NCBI GenBank assembly: GCA_963760795.1
Contig: CAVXEP010000025.1
Coordinates: 125,404-189,403, forward strand
Source of the DNA: an uncultured delta proteobacterium
GTDB lineage: Bacteria; Desulfobacterota; Binatia; UBA9968
Direction: 5' to 3'
DNA: 64,000 bases
Position 1 is the stretch's first letter, and each line of letters begins with the position of its first letter. The notes under the pieces are model-generated. The model was given only the letters and a program-made list of their open reading frames with translations, searched no databases and was not told the origin of the DNA. This document shows, in pieces, positions 34,712-46,846 of this stretch. The position numbers and the translations under genes are program-made.

Positions 34712-35203
34712 CTACTTCTTGAACGCTGTCGGATCGAACGCCGCGCCGTTGAGCGTGTATTCGCTTTTGACTTCGGTCGGCTTACGGATCGTCTGGATCA
34801 CGTAGCAGCCGGCCTCGGCGTTGCGCACCACCTTGGCGAGTTTTTCCGGCGCTTCGCTGGACGTGATCTCGCAGCGGGTCTCGAAACCCAGGCTTTCCGC
34901 TTGCACGGTCTCGCGCATCACCGAACCTTCGTTCTTAAATCTTGCCGTGACGAACACTTTCGCCTTGTCGATGTGGATCTTGAGCATTTCTCCGTACCGG
35001 GAAATTTGCGTGAGCAGTCAAAAGCCCACCGCCAAACCGAAATAGGCCAGCGGCGGTGGCGCGCTATTGTCGCCGCCGATGCGCTCGCCCTCGTCGCAAT
35101 AGACGGTAAAGCCGCGCGCATGGCCTTCCTTGCGCTGGCGCTCCAAGGTCTCGGTGTCAGCTTCCAACACGATCTCGCGCTTGATTGATAAATCCTCAGC
35201 CAT
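34712..35203 (-). CDS. OsmC-like peroxiredoxin, probable selenoprotein (UGA at 35018-35020)
   Basis: DEGERIGGDNSAPPPLAYFGLAVGF-UGA-LLTQISRY continues in frame to ...AEAGCYV; UGA lies at the first conserved Cys position of OsmC. Confidence 0.82.
34984..35009 (-). promoter_or_regulatory. Candidate bacterial SECIS element
   Basis: ATTTCCC-GGTAC-GGAGAAAT hairpin starting 13 nt after the UGA, G-initiated apical loop about 20 nt downstream. Confidence 0.6.
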
Positions 35204-35574
35204 GACGCCTCCTTTATCGAGTGTTTGGCCCCGAGTCGCGGTCAATATATTCGGATTCAGCCAAAGAATCCAACCGCCCACGCCTAACTATCATTCATCG
35301 GTGTTGGCGTATTCTTGGGAATACAAATCCAAGAGCGCGCGCACCAGCGCAAACAGCGCCGATCCGATAATGATGCCAAAAATACGCGCCATAGAGAATC
35401 AGCAGCAGCAAGGCAAAGAAAAAAGCGGTCACGAGCCAGGTTCGGTTCACCGGTGCGCCTCCATTTCAACCCGTCAACTGTACGTAGAAGCGGCCGGAGC
35501 TGCAAGATTGCCGCCGCCGCCAGCAGTGCCGGCAACCGGTTTGATCTTTTATTTTTCCGGCAAATCTGCTTTAC

Positions 35575-36501
35575 ATGGCGGCGATGGCACCAGGACGAAA
35601 TGATTTTCGCGTGCGCTTTTGGGGTGTGCGCGGCAGCTATCCGACCACCGGTCCGGGCACGCGAGACATCGGCGGCGATACATCTTGTGTCGAGGTCAAC
35701 GTCGGCGGCCAGCGATTGATCTTTGACGCCGGCACGGGGATCATTCCGCTCGGCAAAGAAATCTGCCGGCGCGCCGCGACCGCGCCCCTTGCCTATGTGT
35801 TCTTAAGCCATACCCACATCGATCACTTGATAGGGCTGTATTTTTTTGCACCGCTGTTGACCGCCGGGGCGCGCTCGTTCATCTACGGGCCGGGCCGGTC
35901 GAACGGTGCGTTGTGGCGAACGCTGCAACAGCTAACCCACAGCAATTTGTTTCCGGTTACTTTCGACGAGCTCAAGGGCAAAACCGAAGTCCACTCGCTG
36001 GCCGGCGGCGAAGTCTTGCGCTTCAGCGCGCCCGGTGCGCGGCTGGCGCTGCGAAAGCCGCCACCAGCGCGGCGCAATGACGATGGGCAACAACTATCGA
36101 TCACGACGCATAAGAGCTCGGCGCATCCGCGCGACGGCGTCTTGCTCTACCGCGTCGAGTACCATGGTAAAACGCTGGTCTATGCCACCGATGTTGAAGA
36201 GCGGCCGGGCGGCTACGCCGACGTCATCGAGTTTGCCCGCGGCGCCGACTTGCTGATTCATGATGCGCAGTATTTGCACGGCGAATACCATTCTAAAACC
36301 CAGTCGAGAAAGGGCTGGGGCCACAGCACCGTGGAGATGGCGGCGACAGTCGCCACCAAAGCGCAGGTAAAAAAACTTGTGCTGTTTCATCATGAACCGC
36401 AGCATGACGACCGGGCCATGCGGCGCATCGAACGGCTTGGCAAAAAATTGTTCGCGGAATCTATAGTGGCATACCAAGGATTGGAGTTGAAGCTGCTTTG
36501 A
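35575..36501 (+). CDS. MBL-fold metallo-hydrolase (FWGVRGS family), putative cyclic-nucleotide phosphodiesterase
   Basis: VRFWGVRGS, FDAGTG, HTHIDH, DAQY, GWGHS, LFHHEP. Confidence 0.8.
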   Translation: MAAMAPGRNDFRVRFWGVRGSYPTTGPGTRDIGGDTSCVEVNVGGQRLIFDAGTGIIPLGKEICRRAATAPLAYVFLSHTHIDHLIGLYFFAPLLTAGARSFIYGPGRSNGALWRTLQQLTHSNLFPVTFDELKGKTEVHSLAGGEVLRFSAPGARLALRKPPPARRNDDGQQLSITTHKSSAHPRDGVLLYRVEYHGKTLVYATDVEERPGGYADVIEFARGADLLIHDAQYLHGEYHSKTQSRKGWGHSTVEMAATVATKAQVKKLVLFHHEPQHDDRAMRRIERLGKKLFAESIVAYQGLELKLL

Positions 36502-37493
36502 AACGCCCGTTGAAATCACGCTGGCCAAGAGTGGGGCAATTCTTTGCGCTGCTTTTTCTCCTGAGCGCCGCCGCACAGGCCCAATCCCAGAGCAAAAGCC
36601 GCATCGGTGTCTTGCTGCCGGAGCTCGGCCGGGCCCAGTCCCAGTCCCTCAAAGGTTTGCACGAGGAGCTCAAACGCTTAGGGTATATGGAAAACAAGAA
36701 CCTCATCGTCGAAACCCGCAATGCCAAAGGCGACCGCGGCGCGCTGCGTCCCGCTGCCGACGACTTGGTGGCGCGCAAAGTTTCCGTGATTTTCACCACC
36801 GGCACCCGCGCGACCACGGCGGCGGCTGGCGCCAGCGCCGACATTCCCGTCGTCTTCGTCCATCCCGGCGATCCGGTGGCCGCGGCAATGGTGAAAAACC
36901 TGAACGAGCCGGCGCAGAATCTCACCGGCATCGCCGGCTTCGCCGTGGAAAAGACCGAGAAACGCTTGGAGTTATTGAAAGAACTGATCCCCGAGCTCCG
37001 CGAAGTGCATATTTTTTTCGACAGCAACAATAATTTTTCCCGCGACAACTTCGCTTTGGCCCAGGCCGCGGGGAAAAAGCTCGGTCTGTCGGTAGTCGCG
37101 CATGGCGTCAAAGCCGCCGACGAGTTGAAGACTACTCTGAGCGGCATGCGCATCGCGCCGGGCGCCGCGCTGTTTCACGTGCCCGACGATTTGGTCGAGG
37201 GCGAGGCGGAGTTCATCTTCACCACCGCGCGGCAGAAAAAGTTGCCGAGCATGTTCAACGAAGAATCCTGGGCGATCCAGGGCGCCACCGCGGCCTATGG
37301 CCCAAGTTATCTTGACATGGGGCGGCGCGCCGGCGCTATCATCGGGGCCATCTTGAAGAACCCAAAAACCGCGCTGCCGGCTGTCCAACGCGCCGACAAA
37401 TTCGAGTTCATCGTCAACTACCGGACTGCAAACTTTATGGGCATGAAGATAGCGCCGTCGGTACTGAAGAAAGCCGACAAGGTCATCCGCTAA
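36498..37493 (+). CDS. ABC_sub_bind (PF04392-like) substrate-binding protein
   Basis: LGYMENKNL, IPVVF, NLTG, KRLELLKELIP, ADKVIR. Confidence 0.87.
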   Translation: MKRPLKSRWPRVGQFFALLFLLSAAAQAQSQSKSRIGVLLPELGRAQSQSLKGLHEELKRLGYMENKNLIVETRNAKGDRGALRPAADDLVARKVSVIFTTGTRATTAAAGASADIPVVFVHPGDPVAAAMVKNLNEPAQNLTGIAGFAVEKTEKRLELLKELIPELREVHIFFDSNNNFSRDNFALAQAAGKKLGLSVVAHGVKAADELKTTLSGMRIAPGAALFHVPDDLVEGEAEFIFTTARQKKLPSMFNEESWAIQGATAAYGPSYLDMGRRAGAIIGAILKNPKTALPAVQRADKFEFIVNYRTANFMGMKIAPSVLKKADKVIR

Positions 37494-37501
37494 ACCAGAC
37501 C

Positions 37502-40138
37502 ATGGAACCCCTCGCCGATACCATACTTGGCGTAACGATCTTCTCCGGCCTCTCGCGCGAGGATGTCGCCAAGATCCTCGGCAAACTGGAGGAGTGCAGT
37601 TTTACCGCGGGCGAGACGATAATTCGCCAGGGCGATCAAGGCGATGCGTTTTATTTGATTCAGACCGGCGCGGTGCAGGTGGTGGTCGACAGCGGCGCCG
37701 GCAATTCCGAGATCATCGCGATTTTAGGGCCCCGGGACTGGGTCGGCGAGATGGCCTTGTTCTCGGGCGAGCCGCGCTCGGCGACCATTGTCGCGGTCAA
37801 AGACTCCACCCTATGGCGCCTGAGCCGGCAAGAGTGGGATGACTTGATTGAGAAACATCCGACCTTGCTGTTGCAATGCTGCGCCACCCTGAGCAAGCGC
37901 TTGTCCTTTGCCGACCGGCAGTACTCCAGCGGGCGCGAAGCGTTTAATTCCCTGGCCGAAGAGTTCTACGCCGGCAGATCGCCGCGCCAGCAACAGTTCC
38001 TCCGTCACGCTGCGCTGTTGAGCGCCATGGACGGCGCCACCATCGAGCAGTTATTTCAATCGAAAGCGGTAAGCCGCGTGCATCGCCGACTTGAGCAAGA
38101 GCCAGTCGCCGCTGGTGCGCCATCACGGCGACGACCGGGTCACATTTCACAGTTTCTTCAAAGACTTCTTGCACGACAAGCTGCTCGCCATCGACGGCAG
38201 TGAAGTTAAACAGCAGCTCCACGGCAACTTCGCCAAACGCTACGCCGCCATCGGCGACTGGCAACAGGCGATTCATCATGCTACCGAGGTGCCGGACTGG
38301 CCCGAGGTGATCAAGCTCGTCAAAGCCCAGAGTAAAGAAACCCTCACCGCGGCAGCGCAATTCGTTAAAAACACTTTTGAGCGCCTGCCGCGCGAGTATT
38401 TCATCGCCGACACCGCCCTGGTCAATTTGAAGAGCGATATCTTGGTCCAGCTGGGCGATTTGCCCGGCGCATTGCGCGCCTATCAGGAAGTCTTGGCGCA
38501 ACGCGCCGCCGCCGGCGAGGCGGTCGCCAGCTACCGCCGCATGGCCGAAACCTTGGCGCGGCGCAAAGAGTATGGCCAGGCGATTGGCCAGCTGCGCAGC
38601 GCTCTGAGCTTGATCGAGCGCGACATGACGCTACCGGAGCACTACAGCGACATGGCGCCCGACCGCCGGTGTCGTTTAACGGCGAGCGCAGCGGCGAGGA
38701 CACGCCGCGCCGCTGGCGCTTATCGGCCGCGGCATTAAAGTCGGCGCCCTTGAGCAAATGGTTCGGCGCCTTGTTGGGCCTCGCTGTCGGCGGCTATCTC
38801 TGGTTTGCCACACCGGACATCGGCTTGGAACCCTCTGGCACGAAGCTGTTGGGACTCATCTCGCTAACCCTGATCTTTTGGGTCTTTCGCACCTTGCCGG
38901 ACTACGGCGTCGCGCTGGTGTTCGCCATGACCGTCATCCTGACCAAACTTGAGTCGGCACCGACGGTGATGGGCGGCTTCGCCAGCACGACTTGGTTTAT
39001 GACCCTTGGTGTCTTGGGACTGGGCGCGGCGATCACCGGCTGCGGCCTATTCTATCGCTTGTCGCTCCATCTGGTGCGGCTCTTCCCGCTGAGTTTTCAC
39101 TGGCAGATCATCGCCACCGGTATCATGGGCGTGGTGGTCATGGCGCTGATCCCGCAGCAGACCGCGCGCACCGTGATCACCAGTCAAATGCTCATCAATC
39201 TGTCCGAAAGTCTCGGCTACAAAACGCCATCGAAGGCATCCACCGGACTTTTCGTCGCGAGCTTTCTCGGCCTGGGCCAACTGGGATTTTTATTTTTGAC
39301 CGGCTCCACCACCAGCTTGATCGCCTGGGGCTTGTTGCCGCCGGATGTGCGCGAGCAATTCACTTGGGGCTATTGGTTTTTAGCCGCGCTGCCGCCGACG
39401 TTGATTGTCATCGTCATCATCTTGGCGGTGGCGGTTTTTCTTTATCGCCCGGAAACCTATTCGAATATATCTTATAAGATGGTGCAGACCCAGCTCGATA
39501 TCTTGGGCCCCATGTCGCACAAGGAATGGATCAGCCTCGCGGTGCTGCTCCTCACCGTCGTCGGCTGGTTGACCGCGCCCTACCATGGCATCGACGGCGC
39601 CTGGATCGCCATCATCGCCTTCTCCGTGCTGGTCAACACCGCGATCCTCGATTGGGGCATGATGCGCAAAGGCATCGACTGGGAATTGTTAATTCACATG
39701 GGCGTAACCCTAAGTCTGCCGACGTTGATGAAACAGGCGAAGATCGACGTGTGGCTGGTCGACGTGATCTCGCCGCTGATCCTGCCGGTCATGGACAGTC
39801 CGGTATGGTTTTTTGTCGTCATCGCGCTCCTGACCTACGTCTTAAAACTGGTCTTCACCAGTTTCTTGGCCGTGGTCACGCTCTGTGTCGCGCTCCTGCC
39901 GTTGGCCATCGACGTCGGCATGAACCCATGGATCATCGCCATGATGATTCTGATCGCTTCGGAAGTATGGTTTTTCCCCTATCAAGTCGACTGGCATATG
40001 CTCGCCCACTCCACCACCGACGGCAAAGGTTTTTCTTATCCGCTCATGTGCCGGATCAATCCGGTTTACGCCATCGCCTACATCATCGCGCTGCTGGTGG
40101 CGATCCCCTACTGGCGTTTCTTGGGCTTGATGAATTAA
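37502..40138 (+). CDS. cNMP-binding domain + MalT-like helical/TPR region + DASS (SLC13) permease fusion (frameshifts near 38075 and 38665)
   Basis: GEMALFSGEPRSAT; FHSFFKDFL..QAIHHA; multi-TM C-terminal part with ALIPQQTART, FLTGS, TWGYWFLA, IDWELL. Confidence 0.75.
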
Positions 40139-40147
40139 CAAGAAGCC

Positions 40148-41491
<1,344 letters not shown>

Positions 41492-41494
41492 AAA

Positions 41495-41571
41495 CAGTCA
41501 GGAGTGAATAGTCAGTAGTAAGAGATGCGGATTCCGGACTCCTCACTACTTACTCCTTACTCCTTACTCTG
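41495..41571. repeat. Inverted pair of 7-nt periodic repeats
   Basis: CAGTCAGGAGTGAATAGTCAGTAGTAAGAG ... CTCCTCACTACTTACTCCTTACTCCTTACTCTG. Confidence 0.6.
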
Positions 41572-41581
41572 TCCCGAGCTA

Positions 41582-41733
41582 GGTGTCGCATTTTTGCTAC
41601 ACCGAGTAGCAAAACGACTACTCGGCGCGGGCTCGCAGAGCTTTCTTAACATCCGAATCAATTGCTAAATCCCTCACATTTTCAGTAAGTTAAATTAAGT
41701 CTACCGGTGCCTCTACTCTGGTACACCACTTGC
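41582..41733 (+). promoter_or_regulatory. Sigma54 promoter with tandem enhancer sites
   Basis: TGTCGCATTTTTGCTACA (41584-41601) and CCGAGTAG-N8-CTACTCGG (41602-41625); AT-rich spacer; TGGTACACCACTTGC (41719-41733, GG-N10-GC). Confidence 0.72.
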
Positions 41734-41849
41734 GCTAGAGAAGCTCGGAAGTTCTCTGCGCTCTTTGTGTCCGCTGTTCGCCATAGTTCGCCAACATTTT
41801 GGTTGCTCGCCCCGCCGATGCAGCCCTGCCGGAAGGTTGCCGAAAATTC

Positions 41850-42824
41850 ATGATTACTAAATTAACCGTTGTCATTGCCATTTGCATGATGCTGCTTGCT
41901 CCGCCAGCCTCCGCGCAGCAGGCCAACAAACAAGCACGGATCGGATTCCTGACCGCCGGCGGTTCCGCTGTCCCGCCGGCGTTCGTGCAAAAGCTCCGCG
42001 ATCTTGGTTATGTCGAAGGCAACAACATCGCCTTTGAACTCCAGATGAGGCCGAGCCCGAACAGCGACTGGTCTGAAACTGTAGCTCAACTCATCAAACT
42101 GAAAGTCGACATCATCGTCGCCGATGGTTCCGGCCCGGCGACCGCCGCCATGAAAGCGACGAAAACGATTCCCATCGTCATGACCAGTAGTAACGACCCG
42201 GTCGGCATCGGCCTGGTCGCCAGCTTGGCTCAGCCCGGCGGCAACGTCACCGGCCTGTCGAGCGTCAGCGGCGAGTTGGGCGGCAAGCTTTTGGATATCT
42301 TGAAGGAAATCATGCCGCGCCTCGCACGCGTCGTGATCCCCGGACCAGCGCCGGGGAGCCCGAATCAGGATTTATTCATGAAGGAAACCAGGGCACCAGC
42401 CCGGGCGTTCAAGGTGGAACTCATTCAAGTCGCCGTGCGCGGACCGGAAGATTACGATAAAGTCTTTCAAACCGCGGCCAAGAGAAAAGCCCAGGCGCTG
42501 GTGGTGCGCATCCCGCCGACTATTGCGCCAGCGCAGCGCCAACAGTTCGTCGAACTCGCGGCGAAGCATCGCTTGCCAGCGATCTATCAGGCAACCAACT
42601 GGGTCGATGCCGGCGGCCTGCTCTCCTACGGCGCTGACCGCAACTACCAGTTCCAACGCACGGCCATCTATGTCGACAAAATTTTGAAAGGCGCCAAGCC
42701 GGCGGAGTTGCCCGTCGAGCAACCCATGAAGTTCGAATTTGTGATAAATCTAAAAGCCGCCAAACAGATCGGCCTGACGATCCCGCCCAATGTGCTGGTG
42801 CGGGCGGACAGAGTGATTCGATGA
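41850..42824 (+). CDS. PF04392-like substrate-binding protein
   Basis: Signal peptide, [41 protein letters not shown]. Confidence 0.9.
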   Translation: MITKLTVVIAICMMLLAPPASAQQANKQARIGFLTAGGSAVPPAFVQKLRDLGYVEGNNIAFELQMRPSPNSDWSETVAQLIKLKVDIIVADGSGPATAAMKATKTIPIVMTSSNDPVGIGLVASLAQPGGNVTGLSSVSGELGGKLLDILKEIMPRLARVVIPGPAPGSPNQDLFMKETRAPARAFKVELIQVAVRGPEDYDKVFQTAAKRKAQALVVRIPPTIAPAQRQQFVELAAKHRLPAIYQATNWVDAGGLLSYGADRNYQFQRTAIYVDKILKGAKPAELPVEQPMKFEFVINLKAAKQIGLTIPPNVLVRADRVIR

Positions 42825-42932
42825 GCGACCAATCCAAAATCGCAAATCCAAAATCTGACCGCGGGCGGACCGGGTGATCAGATAAGCCAAAAGTAAAGAT
42901 GAAAAAGGCAAAATGAACAGAGGAAAACGATC

Positions 42933-43918
42933 ATGAGAAAAATCGTTTTCTCGTTGCTGATAACTGGATTGCTGACCGCTGCTCCCTTGGCAGAGGCGCA
43001 GCAGCCGGCGAAAATGTTTCGGATCGGAGTTTTGACCGGCTCTTCACTCTCCTCCCAGTCGGAGCGAAACGAAGCATTTCGCCAGAGTCTGCGCGAGCTC
43101 GGCTACGTCGAGGGAAAAGACATTTTAATCGACTGGCGCTCTTACGAGGGCAATCGAGAACGCCAGCGTAAACTCGTGGATGAGTTGGTTCGCCTCAAGG
43201 TAGACGTCATTGTTGCCGTCGGTTCCGGGGATATCCAGACAGCCAAAGAAGCAACCTCGACCATTCCCATCGTCATGATGGTCGGTGGCGATCCGGTTGC
43301 AAGCGGCTTCATTGCCAGCCTGGCGCGGCCGGGCGGGAACATTACCGGGCTCGCCACGCTTCGTCCGGAGCTTAGCGGCAAGCGATTAGAGCTGCTCAAG
43401 GAGATCGTTCCAAAGCTCTCGCGTGTGGCATTCGTCGCGAGTCCGCAGCAACCGCGACTACGCCAATGAAAAGAAAGAAGTCGAGGTTGCCGCGGCTGCA
43501 TTCGGAATGAAGCTGCGCATTCTTGAGGTGAAAGTTCCGAACGATGTCGAGACCGCTTTCCAAACGGCCAGCAAGGAAAAAGCTGATGCCGTCCTTTTCC
43601 GAGTGGCGGGCCCGCTTGAAGCAGCTCAGCGCCCACAAATCTCGGCGTTCGCCGTTAAGTATCGGCTGCCGACGATGTATGACTCAGCGCAAAATGTGGA
43701 AGCCGGCGGACTCGTGAGCTACGGAGTCAGTGTCATCGACTTGGCCCGGCGCGCCGCAACTTATGTGGACAAGATATTGAAAGGCAGGAAGCCCGCAGAT
43801 CTCCCGGTGGAGCAGCCGATCAAGTTCGAGTTCATTATCAACCTAAAAGCCGCCAAGCAGATCGGCCTGACGATCCCGCCGAATGTGCTGGTGCGGGCGG
43901 ATCAGAGTGATTCGATAG
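42933..43918 (+). CDS. PF04392-like substrate-binding protein (frameshifts near 43440 and 43902)
   Basis: [34 protein letters not shown]. Confidence 0.85.
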
Positions 43919-43963
43919 GCGTAAGCAACGAGGCTGGGCCAGGCGATCAGGACTCTTAAATTA

Positions 43964-44350
43964 TCAGAGCGGGTAAATCGGATACCGCAGCGCGCGGGCG
44001 GCGGCGATCATGCGGTCGTCGTAGCTTGCCAGGGCAACGTTTTGTCCTTGTCTATGCAGAAAATCGATCGCCGCCAAGTGGAGAACGTCGAGAGTTCTGA
44101 CCGAGGTAGGAAACGGCTCCAGGGCGCGGGTCAATACGGGCGGGGCGAGTTCGACCAAGGCGACGCGTCCCAGCAACGAGCGCACTTCGTCAGCGTGCGA
44201 TCGGCCGAGTTTGCGCGCGTTGATACGCGTCCAGATCTCGTATTCAAGGAGCCGACTGGAAATCAAATGCTCGTCCCAAAGACTTTCCGGCGGCGAGCGA
44301 TCTTCGGCGAGGAGATGCGCCAACGCAACCGAGGTATCGAGATAAATCAC
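43964..44350 (-). CDS. vapC: PIN-domain toxin (VapC-like)
   Basis: IYLDTS, LEYE, RTLDVLHLAA, SYD. Confidence 0.88.
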   Translation of the reverse strand: MIYLDTSVALAHLLAEDRSPPESLWDEHLISSRLLEYEIWTRINARKLGRSHADEVRSLLGRVALVELAPPVLTRALEPFPTSVRTLDVLHLAAIDFLHRQGQNVALASYDDRMIAAARALRYPIYPL

Positions 44351-44637
44351 CGCTCGCTCCGGTCGTCGTCCAGTTCACCTTTGAGCTCGCTGAAGAGCAT
44401 CACCGGATTGCGCGGCGGCACACCCTTCGACGACAAAGCCGGCGGCATAATCCAACCCTGGCGCACAGCCTCTGCCAACATCGCGTCGGCAAGCACCGGG
44501 CTCCGGCTCGGCTCCGGCGGCACGATCTCGGCAACCACCCGATCGCGATCCGTCACCAGAATCGTTTCGCCGCGCTCGGCCAAGCGCACGTACTCGCTGA
44601 GCTTGTTCTTCAGAACTTTTAAACCCACAGATCTCAT
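44347..44637 (-). CDS. Phd/YefM-family antitoxin
   Basis: VGLKVLKNKLSEYVRLAERGETILVTDRDRVVAEI; 4-nt overlap with toxin. Confidence 0.88.
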   Translation of the reverse strand: MRSVGLKVLKNKLSEYVRLAERGETILVTDRDRVVAEIVPPEPSRSPVLADAMLAEAVRQGWIMPPALSSKGVPPRNPVMLFSELKGELDDDRSER

Positions 44638-44644
44638 GCGAAAT

Positions 44645-44674
44645 AGTGTAGCTTCTGGTAGCTACCTACGTCAA
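44645..44674 (-). promoter_or_regulatory. TA operon promoter with palindromic operator
   Basis: TTGACG-18 nt-TACACT; GGTAGCTACC palindrome in the spacer; ATG 7 nt after -10 (leaderless-like). Confidence 0.6.
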
Positions 44675-44911
44675 GACTAAGGGTATAGCCGGAGGTAATG
44701 CGTCCGAGCAGATTGAAGCCGACGCCGAGCCGTTAGGAGTAACCGACCCGGGACGGTGATCCGGACATCGGCGATCTGGTCGGCAAGATTCATCCTTGTC
44801 CATAATCGCTTCACTCCGCCGTCGACGGCTCTCAAGCTGGGCAACATTAAATCGCTTGCCGTCGGCGCGTCAACTGTGATTCGATTGCAGCTCTTTGATT
44901 GGAGTGAGTCT

Positions 44912-45912
44912 ATGAAACCAATAGTTTTGGGACTATTCGTCGGATTTACGCTACAAGCGCCATTCGGCTTCATTGCCGCCCAACAGCCGGCGGGAAAAAT
45001 CCCGCGCATTGGGTATCTTGACTCGGGTTCTGCCGCCGATCGAGAGACTGCGGCCTACCGCGACGCCTTTCAGCAGGGGCTGCGCGATCTGGGCTACGTC
45101 GAGGGAAAGAATATCCACATCGAGTTCCGCTACGATGACGGAAAATCTGAGCGCTTAACGGAGTTGGCCGAAGAGTTAGTCCGACTCAAAGTCGACATCC
45201 TGATGGCAATGGATACCGATGCTGCGCGAGCGGCCAAGAAAGCAACTACAACGATTCCAGTTGTCTTTACGACTGGCGGTAATCCAATGGCGAGCGGGCT
45301 AGTGGCGAGCTTCGCCCGACCTGGCGGCAATATTACCGGGCGTTACAACCAACTCTCCGGAGCTGGTTGGCAAACGGCTTGGGCTGCTGAAGGAAGCCCT
45401 CCCCAAAATTTCCCGTGTCGCTTTTCTGACTGCCCGCCGGTTCTTCGAACCTCAAAGCAAATGTTTAACGAAGCGCAGGGGACCGCAAAGGCGTTAGGTG
45501 TCGTATTTCAACTTGTCGAAGTAAAAGCGCCAAATCCAGACATCGAGGGCGCATTTCGCATACATGGTCAAAGACGCGCATCGGCGGTCTGGTCACCGAG
45601 GGGCCGCCACTCATCAGTTTTCATCGAGAAAAGATTTTGTCGCTCGCTGAACGGCACCGCATCCCGGCAATACACACTTCACAAATCTGGGCGGACGCCG
45701 GCGGTCTCATGTCTTACGGCCCGAACCGAGCAGAACCCTATCGGCGCGTGGCGGTGTACGTCGACAAGATTCTCAAAGGCACCAAACCCGCGGACCTGCC
45801 GGTCGAGGGACCAACGAAGTACGATTTCGTGATCAATCTCAAAGCCGCCAAGCAGATCGGCGTGACGATCCCGCAGTCGGTGCTCTTCCGGGCGGATCGG
45901 GTGATCAAGTAG
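44912..45912 (+). CDS. PF04392-like substrate-binding protein (several frameshifts)
   Basis: [45 protein letters not shown]. Confidence 0.8.
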
Positions 45913-45963
45913 GCATGAGTCGCCGACCAAACGGCGTGAGTAGAATCAAAGGAGGCAGTGACG

Positions 45964-46070
45964 ATGAAATACTTCTTGGTCGGCTACTGGCAACTTTCTT
46001 TCTGGCGAGACTGTCTATCTTGCCGAAGCGCAGCAGGCCGGGAAAATCCCGCGCATCGGGTTCGTCTCGG
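45964..46070 (+). pseudogene. 5-prime fragment of a PF04392-like SBP
   Basis: Encodes AEAQQAGKIPRIGFV, then similarity ends. Confidence 0.55.
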
Positions 46071-46079
46071 CGACACTGG

Positions 46080-46468
46080 CGATCCAAACTGATTCGAGAG
46101 CCGACGTGTCGAAGCGTTGCGTCCAAGGCAGGCGTCAACGCCACTCTCCGGCGGAACGTCGTGACACAAGAACAGTCGAGATCGAGTAACCGTTTGACCA
46201 TCGACGGCAAGCGGATCGCACCGCGGGTCCGGGGAGCGAACTCGATGCCGACTTCACGGTTACGATGCGTTGCCTGTTCGAGACCAGCGATTGCGCGAGC
46301 GTCGTAGCCGCAGCCAGCGACAGAATGTCAGTCGCAATGATAGTCATGCTCGCGCCGGTGTCGAGCACCACTGGCGATGACCAGAGTCGAACCGCTAGTC
46401 TGCGGCTTCGCAGCAGAAGATCGACAACGATAGATGTGACCGAAGCGATCGAACACCACCCGGGGCAT
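46080..46468 (-). CDS. Retropepsin-like aspartic protease (frameshifted; 3-prime end approximate)
   Basis: LVLDTGASMTII clan AA motif; ATG at 46468 abuts the upstream stop. Confidence 0.55.
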
Positions 46469-46470
46469 TA

Positions 46471-46704
46471 TTAGAAGATGATCCCGGCATCGGGAGGAAC
46501 TGCGCCGGTCGAAGTGGATGCAGAGGTTACCGGTGTGCTTTTTGAGGGCGCGATGAATCGCATCGCGATCCTTACTGTGAGCAATCACCCGACCCTTGCG
46601 CAGCGTGGTCGATGCATCCAACTCAACGTCTTCAACGGACGGAGCCATTGATTAGGAAATTTTGTTCTGACGGCTTCTTTGGTCAATAAAGGTTTCTTCA
46701 CCAT
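46471..46704 (-). CDS. Small antitoxin-like protein (DUF5678-like), frameshifted
   Basis: MVKKPLLTKEAVRTKFPNQW...GRVIAHSKDRDAIH; GAGGT RBS. Confidence 0.5.
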
Positions 46705-46846
46705 GAAAGCGACCTCACTTGCAATTGGCTGGTCACTGGAGGACTTGATAATCAACTCTAAATCGTCCCCGGCTAATGAGTCAATCGTAACCCTTTGATC
46801 CGATCGAGTCTTTGAATCGAAAACCCATCGTTAGCAGCAAGACTTG

